Source: Eledone cirrhosa (taxonomy: Eukaryota). Taken from it: 64,000 nt of DNA. The stretch is from the NCBI GenBank assembly GCA_964016885.1, contig OZ024742.1, positions 296,050,001 through 296,114,000 of the forward strand, given 5' to 3'. The position numbers and the translations under genes are program-made. The notes under the pieces were generated by a model. The model was not told the origin of the DNA. It searched no databases and worked only from the letters and a program-made list of their open reading frames with translations. Below are positions 53,944-64,000 of the stretch, one piece after another (position 1 is the first letter of the stretch; the number at the start of each line of letters is the position of its first letter).

Positions 53944-54964
53944 TTAAACCATCTCAGTACCATATTTCTAAGGAAAGACATGGCCTATGCTTTTCAAATA
54001 ATTTTGAAAATAATAAAAAATCTGGAAGGATCTTATATGACTTAATTTCTCATTATTAAGCTAGTGTTTATAACATAACTCAGGGAAAAGTTATTACAAA
54101 ATTACTATAGAAGGGTTTTTAGATATATAGAAACAGTTTAGAATTGTTGACCTTGGAGTGGGTACAGACGGTTTTATATTAAAAGGATTAAAGATAAAAT
54201 TAGTTATGTAAATATTAATTCCCAGACAAATAAATATAGAAAATATTAAACCATTGGATGAAATGTCCCATTCAGCCTGAATATAAATGCATACGTCCTT
54301 AATTATTATATAAGCAATTTTTAATAGAAATAATATTAGCTTCAGTTGTAGATATTTCTCCACAAAAATAGCAAACACCAAGAGTAAATATCTTAAATAA
54401 TCACTTACATCTGATGCTTCCTGTTTATGTAACTATCGTAATTCCATAAATAGTCCATTAAATAATTCATGTCTTTTGAAATCGATTGTTTATTGTGCAA
54501 AAATATTTATAGCTGATAATTGAGTTTCCAGAGATTATATCAAACATTAACTGAAAATAATATTTTAAGGGATGATTTAATCAGCATCCACATTCTTTTA
54601 GATATCGGGAAAGATCTTTGGACACAACGTTATCAATTATCCTGTATATAAATATAAAATTGTTTTATTTATTTCATTGATTGCTTAGCAATCAGTAAAA
54701 GGGGAAATGAATGGTCATAATCAATGGCATTTTAGCTTAGAATATAATAAATAGCCTTATATTGAGTTATATATATATATATGAATTCTTCCAAAACAAA
54801 AATTGTCATTTATTTTGAATATTTAAGTTTGCCAACTTTCACCTCAGTCAAAAGAAGTGAATTGACAGCCAAAAAATTTGAAGTCTCTGCCACTTTCTTT
54901 ATTATTTTATATCTGCTTCCACAAAATAAAAACATACATTGATAGAAACAATCTTTATCACAGA

Positions 54965-55363
54965 AATAATTGTCTCTACTTTGGGCACAAGGCCAGCAAT
55001 TACCCAGTGCATTACTGGTACTTTATTTTATCGACCCCGTAAGCATGAAAGGCAAAGTCAACCTCGGCGGGATTTGAACTCAGATCGTAAAGGGACGTAA
55101 CTATGCTGGAAAGCATGGCGTCCGACCCTCTACTGATACTGCCAATCCACCGCCAATCCACCGCCTTTATCACATAAATAATTGTTTCTACTTTAGGCAC
55201 AAGGCCAGCAATTACCCAGTGCATTACTGGTACTTTATTTTATCGACCCCGTAAGGATGAAAGGCAAAGTCAACCTCGGTGGGATTTGAACTCAGATCGT
55301 AAAGGGGCGTAACTCTGCTGGAAAGCATGGCGTCCAACCCTCTACCGATACTGCCAATCCACC
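54965..55363 (-). mobile_element. Tandem dimer of family-A SINEs
   Basis: Two near-identical ~190-bp copies. Confidence 0.8.
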
Positions 55364-55689
55364 TTATTCACAGAAATAATGCCTGATAATTGGTCCAAAT
55401 ATTCCATTAGCCTTAATCTATGACCAGAGCAATCATGTCTCCAGGACATTACTCAAACAATCATTTTAGAAATCTTTTACAAGTTGTCATGTCTATGACA
55501 CAACTGAAGAGTCCTCCTGACAATTTGTTTAACAAGTTTTCTATGGCTGGATGCCCCTTCTATCACCAAAGAGTGTACGGGTGTATTTATTATGTAAATC
55601 ACTAACAACAGCACAATGTTAGGGGAGTCTAATGATGTGACTTTGTCCACCTGAACACATCAAAACAGCATAAAATTTGATGAGTGTGA

Positions 55690-56000
55690 TGCTGTGAATC
55701 CAAGTGTCAAGCACACCATTTATCACTTTTGAGCCAGATATAGGGTCTCACTTCTCAGTTGCTTTCTATAATGTCTTTCAAAGGTGTTTCCTTTGCTTTG
55801 ATGCCAATCCATGGCCACTGAGCAGTGAGTCAAGCCTGGTTCTGACAAATCTTTTGACACTTATTGCTACAGGAAAACAGTATGCCTCCCACCCACAGGT
55901 TTCACAGAGTTCAAAGAGCTTGCTGTACTTCCTGACCTTCTTATTGAATGTATCATCGATATTTTTTCCTAAGAGACAGTAAACTCCACCAACTTCACCA
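55690..56000 (-). mobile_element. Restriction-like-endonuclease LINE fragment (HERO-like)
   Basis: KVRKYSKLFELCETCGWEAYCFPVAISVKRFV resembles the K..KY..L...C...GW....PVEVG.RGF motif. Confidence 0.55.
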
Positions 56001-56098
56001 CATTCTTTTCCTTGCTCCACAAAACTGCTATTTGCTGTCCAGATTAACTGAGACCTCCCAACCCCCTCCTTCTTTCTTAAAGAGGTTAGAGGCTGCCT

Positions 56099-56132
<34 letters not shown>

Positions 56133-56319
56133 AAAATGTTCAGGACTCCGACGGCAGAGCTCAAGCCGTTTCCTCGGCTATTTATATATATATATATAGC
56201 CAACAATTTTGGGGGAAGGGAAAGTCGATTACTGGTACTTTATTTTATCGACCACGTAAGGATGAAAGGCAAAGCAATAATAATAAAATAACAATATTCT
56301 ATATAATATACTTTAATTT

Positions 56320-56680
56320 CAAAAAGGTGGTTCAGAGTGATACCAGAAAAGTTGTCAGAGAATGACAAAGCAACCATACTCTGCGATAAGCCAATATATG
56401 CAGACAGGGAGATCAAAGCCAACTGACCAGATAATATAGTCAAAGACCATAGACAACAATATATCCATCAAGGAAATAGAGAAATTATCCAAATATAAAG
56501 ATCTGGAGATAGAAATAACCTGAATGTTGATTATGAAAATAGAAACAATTCCAATAATAATAGGTGCTCTGGGAATGATAAAAATCACATTAACAGATAC
56601 ATAACTAAAACCCTGGGGCTCACAAATATATGCAGCATATAGAAAATAATCTTACTAGACACTGCATACATATTAGATAT
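56320..56680 (+). mobile_element. R4/Dong-type LINE REL-endonuclease fragment
   Basis: PEKLSENDKATIL.D.PIYADREIKAN*PD.IVKD and KEIEKLSKYKDLEIEI...IPIIIGALGMI. Confidence 0.7.
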
Positions 56681-58055
56681 AATTGTTTCTACTTTAGGCA
56701 CAAGGCCAGCAATTACTCAGTACATTACTGGTACTTTATTTTATCGACCCCATAAGGATGAAAGGCAAAATGAACCTCGGCGGGATTTGAACTCAGATCG
56801 TAAAGGGACGTAACTATGCTGGAAAGCATGCGTGCGACTCTCTACCGATACTGCCAATCCACCGCCGTTTGCATACATATAAGATATAATACAATAGAAA
56901 CAACACCAGAAACAACGCTGTGTGTACTCAAGGTACACAAAGCAATATTCAGCAATGCCATGATGGCAGGCAATAAAAATAAGACTTATAATGATAGTAA
57001 TAATAATGGTTTCTGATTTAGGCACAATGCCAGTTTAATAGTAATAATAATAATGATGATGATTCCTTTGCTTCAAGAGTATCAAATGAAGGGGACATAA
57101 CAGAGACAGATTACATAAAGTACATGTAAGGATTTACATAGAAATGAGATCAGCTTTGACACATGATATATTAATTTTGCAATAATAATAATTTATTTAT
57201 TTATTTATCAGTTTTTGTGCAATAATAATAATTATTATTATTTATTTATTGGCCACAAGGGTCTACATATAAGGGACAACACAATAGACATATATAACAT
57301 ATAAAAAATATAAATGACAATAACAATAATAATAATTTCTTTATTTATTTATAACTGTTTTTATACAATAATAATAATAATGATGATGATGATAATAAAA
57401 ACAACAATAAAACAATTATATTTGACATATGATAACTTAATTTCACTGTAATACTAGTAGTAGCAACAGCAGCACCTCCACCATTATCACCACCACAAAC
57501 AACATATTGGATATGATACTTTAATAGTAGGAACAACTACTATAAGAAGAATTATTTTAATTTAGCAGCAGTAGCAGTAGTAGTAGTAATTGTGGTGGTG
57601 TTGGTATTGGTAGTAGTAATTGCAGCAGTGGGAGTAGTATTAACAGCAGTAGTAGTAGTAGTAGTAATATTTGACATGTGATAGTTTAATTTCACTCAGC
57701 TAGTGGAGTAAAATGTCTCATAAAAGTCAATGTAAAATAATGAACACTATGATAAAATGAGAACTGTACAATAAAGTAGTGGTGGGGGGAGATTATATTA
57801 CAGTTTTATTGATTTTTGGTGGTGCGGGTGGGTGGGAGGTTAAAATGATTGGTTTGTGAAGTAAGTGTAATAGTAGATATAATAATACAATTTGAGTAAT
57901 CTCTTTTGTCTTCTAGTTCGTATTACTTTAGTAGATATATGTGTGTATATATACTTATATATGTGTGTGTGGGGGTGTTTAATAGTTTATTAAGGTCAAT
58001 TTAGTGGCTTATTATTCAAGAGTTTTCTGTTCTTCAGAGAGTATGTGTATATATA

Positions 58056-58090
<35 letters not shown>

Positions 58091-58203
58091 GCCAACCGTT
58101 GAGGAAATAACATCATACGACCGGCGACCTTTTGTATCAAGAAAAGTAAACCTTTTCCAAATTTAAAGGTTTTATTATAATATTTCATTGTTTTATATGT
58201 TTA

Positions 58204-58261
58204 CTGTCTGAGGAGCTCAGGCTGTCATAACTGATAGTCATCAGCGAAATGTACATTACGG
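58204..58261 (+). ncRNA. Type-I hammerhead ribozyme
   Basis: CTGT CTGAGGA GCT...AGC GAAA TGTACA TT ACGG; palindromic loop III; AATAAA follows; TA-flanked island at 58087-58311. Confidence 0.75.
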
Positions 58262-58475
58262 ATTTTAATAAACCAAAACCAAATTAATATGGCCTCGGAT
58301 TTTTATTTGATATATATATATATATTTAAAGGTTAAACAAGGTTCAATGAATAAATCAAAGGAGTTTTACAATAGATTGGAAGCACTCCACAGAAATGGT
58401 TTTCCGGAGTTATTAATACTACCATAACTGAATCTTAACCATCTACTAAGTCAGAGTATGTCATGCATCATCTTA

Positions 58476-58538
58476 TTTTATCTGGTGAGGACATACTGTT
58501 GAAGATAGCTCAGTACCTCTGAAATATGTATAATAAAA
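58476..58538 (+). ncRNA. Type-I hammerhead-like motif with a core variant
   Basis: TTTTAT CTGGTGA GGA.ATACTG...CAGTA.CTCT GAAA TATGTA TA ATAAAA; A6G core change. Confidence 0.6.
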
Positions 58539-58581
58539 TTTACTTGATCACACGAATGTCTATTTTTGTTAATATTTTGAA

Positions 58582-58618
<37 letters not shown>

Positions 58619-58969
58619 GTAATGATTTTGCAGAAAATGTCTAAGAATAGATTTAAATCAGATGTTTATAATATTTTTACAAGTGTACAGGTCATTGCAT
58701 TTTACTAAAGTCCTTAATATTTATTGTGATGCAGTCAAAGTGCTATTTTGTACTTTTCAAGAATGTCTGATTAATGTGGTACAGGATGTTAAGAATTTAC
58801 AGATGGAATTTGTTTGTAAAATTTATAGCAAATGTAGCCATCATTTGCAATTGAGGATGCCTTGGTAGCATATTCTATGCTTTTACTAATGCTTTTAGGT
58901 GCCCATGTAGTTGTGAGCAAACATAAACACCCACTTGACTCTCCCACACAAGCCTTATCTGAACATTAA

Positions 58970-59161
58970 CCCTTTAGCATTTAAACCAGCTGTATTCGGC
59001 CTGAATTTTCTCATCTCTTTCTGTTCAAACCAGCCATAACTGGCTGCTCATACTTATGTTAAGGTATTGTTCTCAAAATAAATATCAAAATCGATATCAC
59101 GTGAGATAAAGCCTTAGAGAAAATGCAATAGTAAATGTAGAGTAATGTAAATGCTTAAGGG
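58970..59161. mobile_element. piggyBac-type MITE (opposite orientation)
   Basis: TTAA|CCCTTTAGCATTTA...TAAATGCTTAAGGG|TTAA. Confidence 0.75.
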
Positions 59162-60443
59162 TTAAAAATAAAAAATGTAAAAGTTTGAGGGAGGATTGCT
59201 CAAGCACTGGACTGGTACTTCTTCTCCAGCCCTAAAAAGAAAAAAAGGCAAAGTAGTCCTTGGTAGTATTTGAACTCAGTATAAATAGCCAATATTCTAA
59301 CACATTATATGTGACATGCTAATAACTGTAAGTGTGATTGAAATATAAATATATAATTTAAATTTAAAAAAAAACTTTAATAGTACCTTATGATTATAAA
59401 CACTCAAATTAGCTATTGCATTATTCATTTATTAAATTGATTAATACAGTTTTTAGATTAAGGCCCTTCCATTCATCGGCATTACTCTAATTTAAGGTTA
59501 TTCTGATGACTTTTTAAAAATTAAAATTTCATTTATTATATTATTGTTTATAAAACACCAAGTTTTAAACTGTAAAAAGATGTTCTTGCCTTATTTCTAA
59601 ATTAACCTTCAAGCAGTATTTTGCTTGTTACAGTTTAGAATTTTATTTAATTTTCAATTTTCTTAAGACAATATTTATTATAATGGAATTGAATTATACA
59701 AAATATAGTTTTACATAAATTGTAAGAAAATTTAATCTGTGTTTCTATCGTTTCATTAATTTGATAAAGTTTGTTTCTTTGAATATATAAAACATTGCAT
59801 TTCATTGTTATACATTTCACTTAATAATTTCATACAAAAAACTTGCTAGTTGATGATGATGTTGATGTTTAGCCCTTGATCAGCTATGATCAAATAGACC
59901 TGTAACTATAATGTTTTATTTTAATATATATATTAATATATATATATACCTGACTATATTATCAAATATATCCATTTTATTTAGTAGACTGTTTTCTAAG
60001 GGAGATTTGGTTGCTATTTATAACCTGACTACATTATTTAGTGTAAGAGCGGTGGATTGGTAGAGGGTCGAACGCCATGCTTTGCAGCATAGAATTACTG
60101 CCCTTTATGATCTGATTTCAAATCCTGCCGAGGTTAACTTTGCCTTTCATCCTTATGGGGTCGATAAAATAAAGCACAGTGGCATATTTGCTGGCCTTGT
60201 GCCAAAGGTAGAAACAATTATTGAGTGTTTCTTTCCTCATTTTATTTGATATGGGTTTTCTGAGTGAGTTTTAGGTGCCATTCCTAGCAGGATGAGCAAC
60301 ATTGTAGATGTTTCACTTTTTGACTCGAGCGTATTTGTTTTATAATAGATATTATGATCTGATATGACAGATGTTTTATTCTTTGTTCAAGTAAAAGTAT
60401 TTGACACAACCGAAGGATCCTTCCAAACTCTGTATATATATAT

Positions 60444-60536
60444 ATAGGAAAATGTGTATCCCCGACGGCAGAGCTCAAGCCGTTTCGACAGCTGTTCTGG
60501 CTTGAGCTCTGCCGTCGGGGTTAAACATTTTCCTAT
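60444..60536. repeat. GC-rich hairpin made of two opposed HHR 3' halves
   Basis: CCCCGACGGCAGAGCTCAAGCC/GGCTTGAGCTCTGCCGTCGGGG; a single arm is also present at 56129-56180. Confidence 0.65.
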
Positions 60537-61748
60537 TACCCACTCTACTACCCTAAGTTTTGAGTGCGTTATGGTCCATCTGGTTCCTTACCACACTTCC
60601 TTCATTATATATACTGTATATATACTGTATATATATATACAATGTGTATGTGTCTGTGTGTGTGTTTACATTTGTATTTGTGTCTCTGTTTATGACCCTT
60701 AACTTCGTTGTTCTACAAAAAATAGATTGAGAAAAGTACCAGACTTGAAAATATTAAGTACTAGAGTTGATTTAATTGACTAAATTAAGAGAGTCTCCCA
60801 GCATGACTGCAGTCTAATGACTGAAACAAGTAAAAGAATGCAAGAAAAAGCATATCAGTTCTGCCTGCCATGCTACTATATATATTTTCCAAATTTATAT
60901 TGGAATGCAATTTTGGAGATTGCTTTTTAAAGTGGTGGATCTCTACCATCAATAATGATGGAACATATTTAATTTTTCAGAGTTCAGGTTTGGTATGTCA
61001 TATATACCAGGATTACCTGTTGTATGAACAATCATACAAGCTAGGAAATTTGCATTTTTAACAAATTAATTGTTTGCATAATAGAAACTTTATAGTTTAT
61101 GTTGATTACTGATATGTGGAAGTGATTAAAGATGAGACTGGTGTAATGTCTGCCTTTCAAGCCAAGTGGCCATAATATAAATAATTGTTTCTACTTTTGG
61201 CACAATTATCCCAGTGCATTACTGGTGCTTTATTTTGTCGACCCCATAAGTATGAAAGGCAAAGTTAATCTTGGCGGGATTTGAACTCAGATCCTAAAGG
61301 GATGTAACTATATGTTGCAAAGCATGGCATCAGATCTTATAACGATACTGCCAAACCACTGGCCATAATATAAATAATGGTTGACCAATATAAATAATAG
61401 TTGAGAAAATTGGATTTGGATAAAGTACTCCTAGAGAAAGAAAAATGTGGATAGATATGCCAACAAGGAATCAAACCCTGTATCTCTCAGATGCTGGATG
61501 AGTGCATTCTCAACTGTTATTTAGTGTGATTGACTAAGATTTTTATAGTCATTTGTGTTACGATGTACACATGAAATTTCAAATTTCCCTCATTTGTCTT
61601 AAGTTGAATAATATTTCTAAGATATGATTATATAAACATTCAGCATATATGTACAAATGAGATAACTTCTTATTGTAGCAACATGATTGAAACAAGAAAT
61701 GCTGTGTGTGTTTTAAAGAGTTATAAGCATATATAGAGAGAGACAGAC

Positions 61749-61817
<69 letters not shown>

Positions 61818-61826
61818 AATACACAT

Positions 61827-62006
61827 GGTATATCGGTAGAGAGTCAGACGCCATGCTTTCCAGTATAGTTATGTCCCTTTACGGTCTGAGTTCAAATCCC
61901 GCCGAGGTTAACTTTGCCTTTCATCCTTACGGGGTCGATAAAATAAAGTACCAGTAATGTACTGGGTAATTGCTGGCCTTGTGCCAAAAGTAGAAACAAT
62001 TATTAT
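61827..62006 (+). mobile_element. SINE family A
   Basis: Matches the other family-A copies (also ~20760, 28330, 39030, 45162, 56680, 60048, 61180, 63395). Confidence 0.8.
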
Positions 62007-62283
62007 GGTTGATCTTCAAGAATGATATTAAAGTAATAGTACATATACATAATATTTTGTTACTTTATGAAATTGTTTGATATTTTAAATTCCATGTTAA
62101 TGTGATTTAAAAAGAAAATAAGAGATAAACGTTTATAATAATAAAATTCTAAGCTTAATCTTTCTTAATAATATTGTAAATAATCTTTATTACTTAAAGT
62201 AGATTAACAATAAATATTTAGTTGAATTTACATTTAATTTTTTCTTTTTAGATAATAAATTTATGTTCAATTTTTTCATATAG

Positions 62284-62376
62284 GAGGATGTTTAACTGGG
62301 GAAGAAAAATATTCAATTACATTGATCAAATCTCGACATTGAGCAGCTTAGTTTCAAAAGAAGCCAAGCAAAGTTT
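62284..62376 (+). other. Possible 93-nt host coding exon
   Basis: Acceptor TTTTTTCATATAG and donor GTAAGG; one open frame (RMFNWGRKIFNYIDQISTLSSLVSKEAKQS); phase-symmetric; no recognisable homology. Confidence 0.25.
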
Positions 62377-64000
62377 GTAAGGTTTAATACAAGTCATGTT
62401 TTAACAAAATGTGTGCTAAAGTGTTTGTATGAAATATATGATGGGTATGTGTGTCTTTGTTGAACCTTCAGCAGTTCTGATGACAAGTGTTCCAGTTGAT
62501 TCAATCAGTTGATTCAATCAATGAAACAGCTTGCAAGTGGATGAACAACCTGCAGACACACATATCCTTAACATAGTTCTCAGGACGATTCAGCATGACA
62601 CAGGGTGTAACAAGACTGTCCCTTTTAATCTCTTCAGTGCCTTAGACGAGAGAACTCATCCTAACATGTATGCATTCCAGTGGCATGAACGAGAGAACTC
62701 GTCCTAATATGTTTTAATTCCTTTCCAAAAGTTCGTAACTTCAAATCTAGATGGGGTTACTAGTTTATTGATGTGACATTTTTCAATCAAAATAATCATT
62801 TTACTGAAAAGATACCCAGCACAGCAACTGAAGCTGTGTAAAATATATGTGGCAGTCAACAGGTTAATTGCCTATTGAGTGGACTGGAACAATGTGAAAT
62901 AAAATGTCATGCTCAAGGACACACTGCCTTGCAAAGAATCAAACTGACAACCTTGTGATCATAAGCAAAACACCCAACCCACTAAGCCATGCACCTTCAC
63001 ATAGTTGCACACATGCATACACACACACACACACACACACATGCACACAAGCACACACATACATACACTTTCTCTTTTATGCAGTAATCAATATATCAAA
63101 TAAAAATATAGGCTGATAAATGTGAAGTTGAGTTAGAATCTCTTATTGTGATGATGGTAGATATTATATTGTCCTTAACTTGAATAGAATTTCTTGGCAA
63201 CATATCAAATTCTGCTTGTGACACACTATTGAGGTTTATTCAAATATTTTCTTGTTTCTCTGAACAACTACATGACTGTTTCATAGTTAATAATGTTCCC
63301 AACTATGTCAATTATTACTTACTATACATTATATGACAGCAATACAACATTCTATGGCAAGTATTAACATGAAACAATATTGTATGTTAAGTAGTGGTTT
63401 CTGATTTAGGCACAAGGGCAACAATTTTGGGGGGAGGGGAAAATCGATTAAATCGACCCCAGTGCATTACTGATGCTTTATTTATTGATGCCATAAGGAT
63501 AAAAAGCAAAGCTTACCTCAACAGGTTTTGAACTTAAAACGTAAAGGGTCATATTTATACAAGATTGTATAATATTTATACAAGATTGTATAAATATTAT
63601 TACTCTACAACATTCATCATCATCATTTTATGTTCAATTTCTATGCCAGCATGGGTTGGACATATTTTTGCATGGATTCTAATGCTAATCTCTTTTTAGA
63701 GTATACTAGGTGAATTTATGTTGTACCAGCACTAACATTTAACACAATATGCTAGGTACATTTTTTCATGACACCAGCACTACTGTTTGACTAAATCTGG
63801 CACTTTGTCAAACCCACGAAGACTAGACTTATTTAGAGGCAGCCTTTACTCGCCTTGTCATAGCTACATCATGGGTTGTGAGAGTTTTCTTAAGAGCTAC
63901 AGGTGTCACCCATTGCTTCATCTCCCCTAGCATTATACTGCTGTTAATCTGGGGCTGATTATTCATCCGGCAGTTGCTCACTTATATCGCAACTATCCTT

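Noticed and set aside
25545-62485. Isolated CTGANGA hits (e.g. 25545, 28958, 38141, 42904, 55504, 59503, 62477)
   Set aside because: They lack the stem II plus GAAA...UH plus stem I arrangement and are expected by chance.

Overview
AT-rich, repeat-saturated eukaryotic genomic DNA. The SINE and RTE tails and the long (TA)n/(CA)n arrays resemble octopus (coleoid cephalopod) sequence, but that taxon is an inference. No host protein-coding gene can be firmly supported, apart from one weak 93-nt exon candidate at 62284-62376. Most listed ORFs are microsatellite translation artefacts. The real coding remnants all come from transposons: a Penelope-like element (PLE) with RT and GIY-YIG domains and Hydra-clade motifs, a Helitron helicase C-terminus, several RTE LINE pieces with a PHD-like finger inside the RT, and fragments of CR1, R4/Dong-like and HERO-like elements. 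Many tRNA-derived SINEs and piggyBac- or hAT-type MITEs are also present. The main non-obvious signal is a dense, sequence-diverse set of type-I hammerhead ribozyme (HHR) motifs: about a dozen complete or near-complete and several 3' half-motifs. They lie almost entirely in short islands next to (TA)n tracts, mostly have a palindromic stem-III loop, and often sit in fold-back inverted repeats whose breakpoints fall in the ribozyme core. One of them ends the PLE, which links the motifs to PLE mobilisation. All RNA folds were assigned by eye, and repeat boundaries are approximate.
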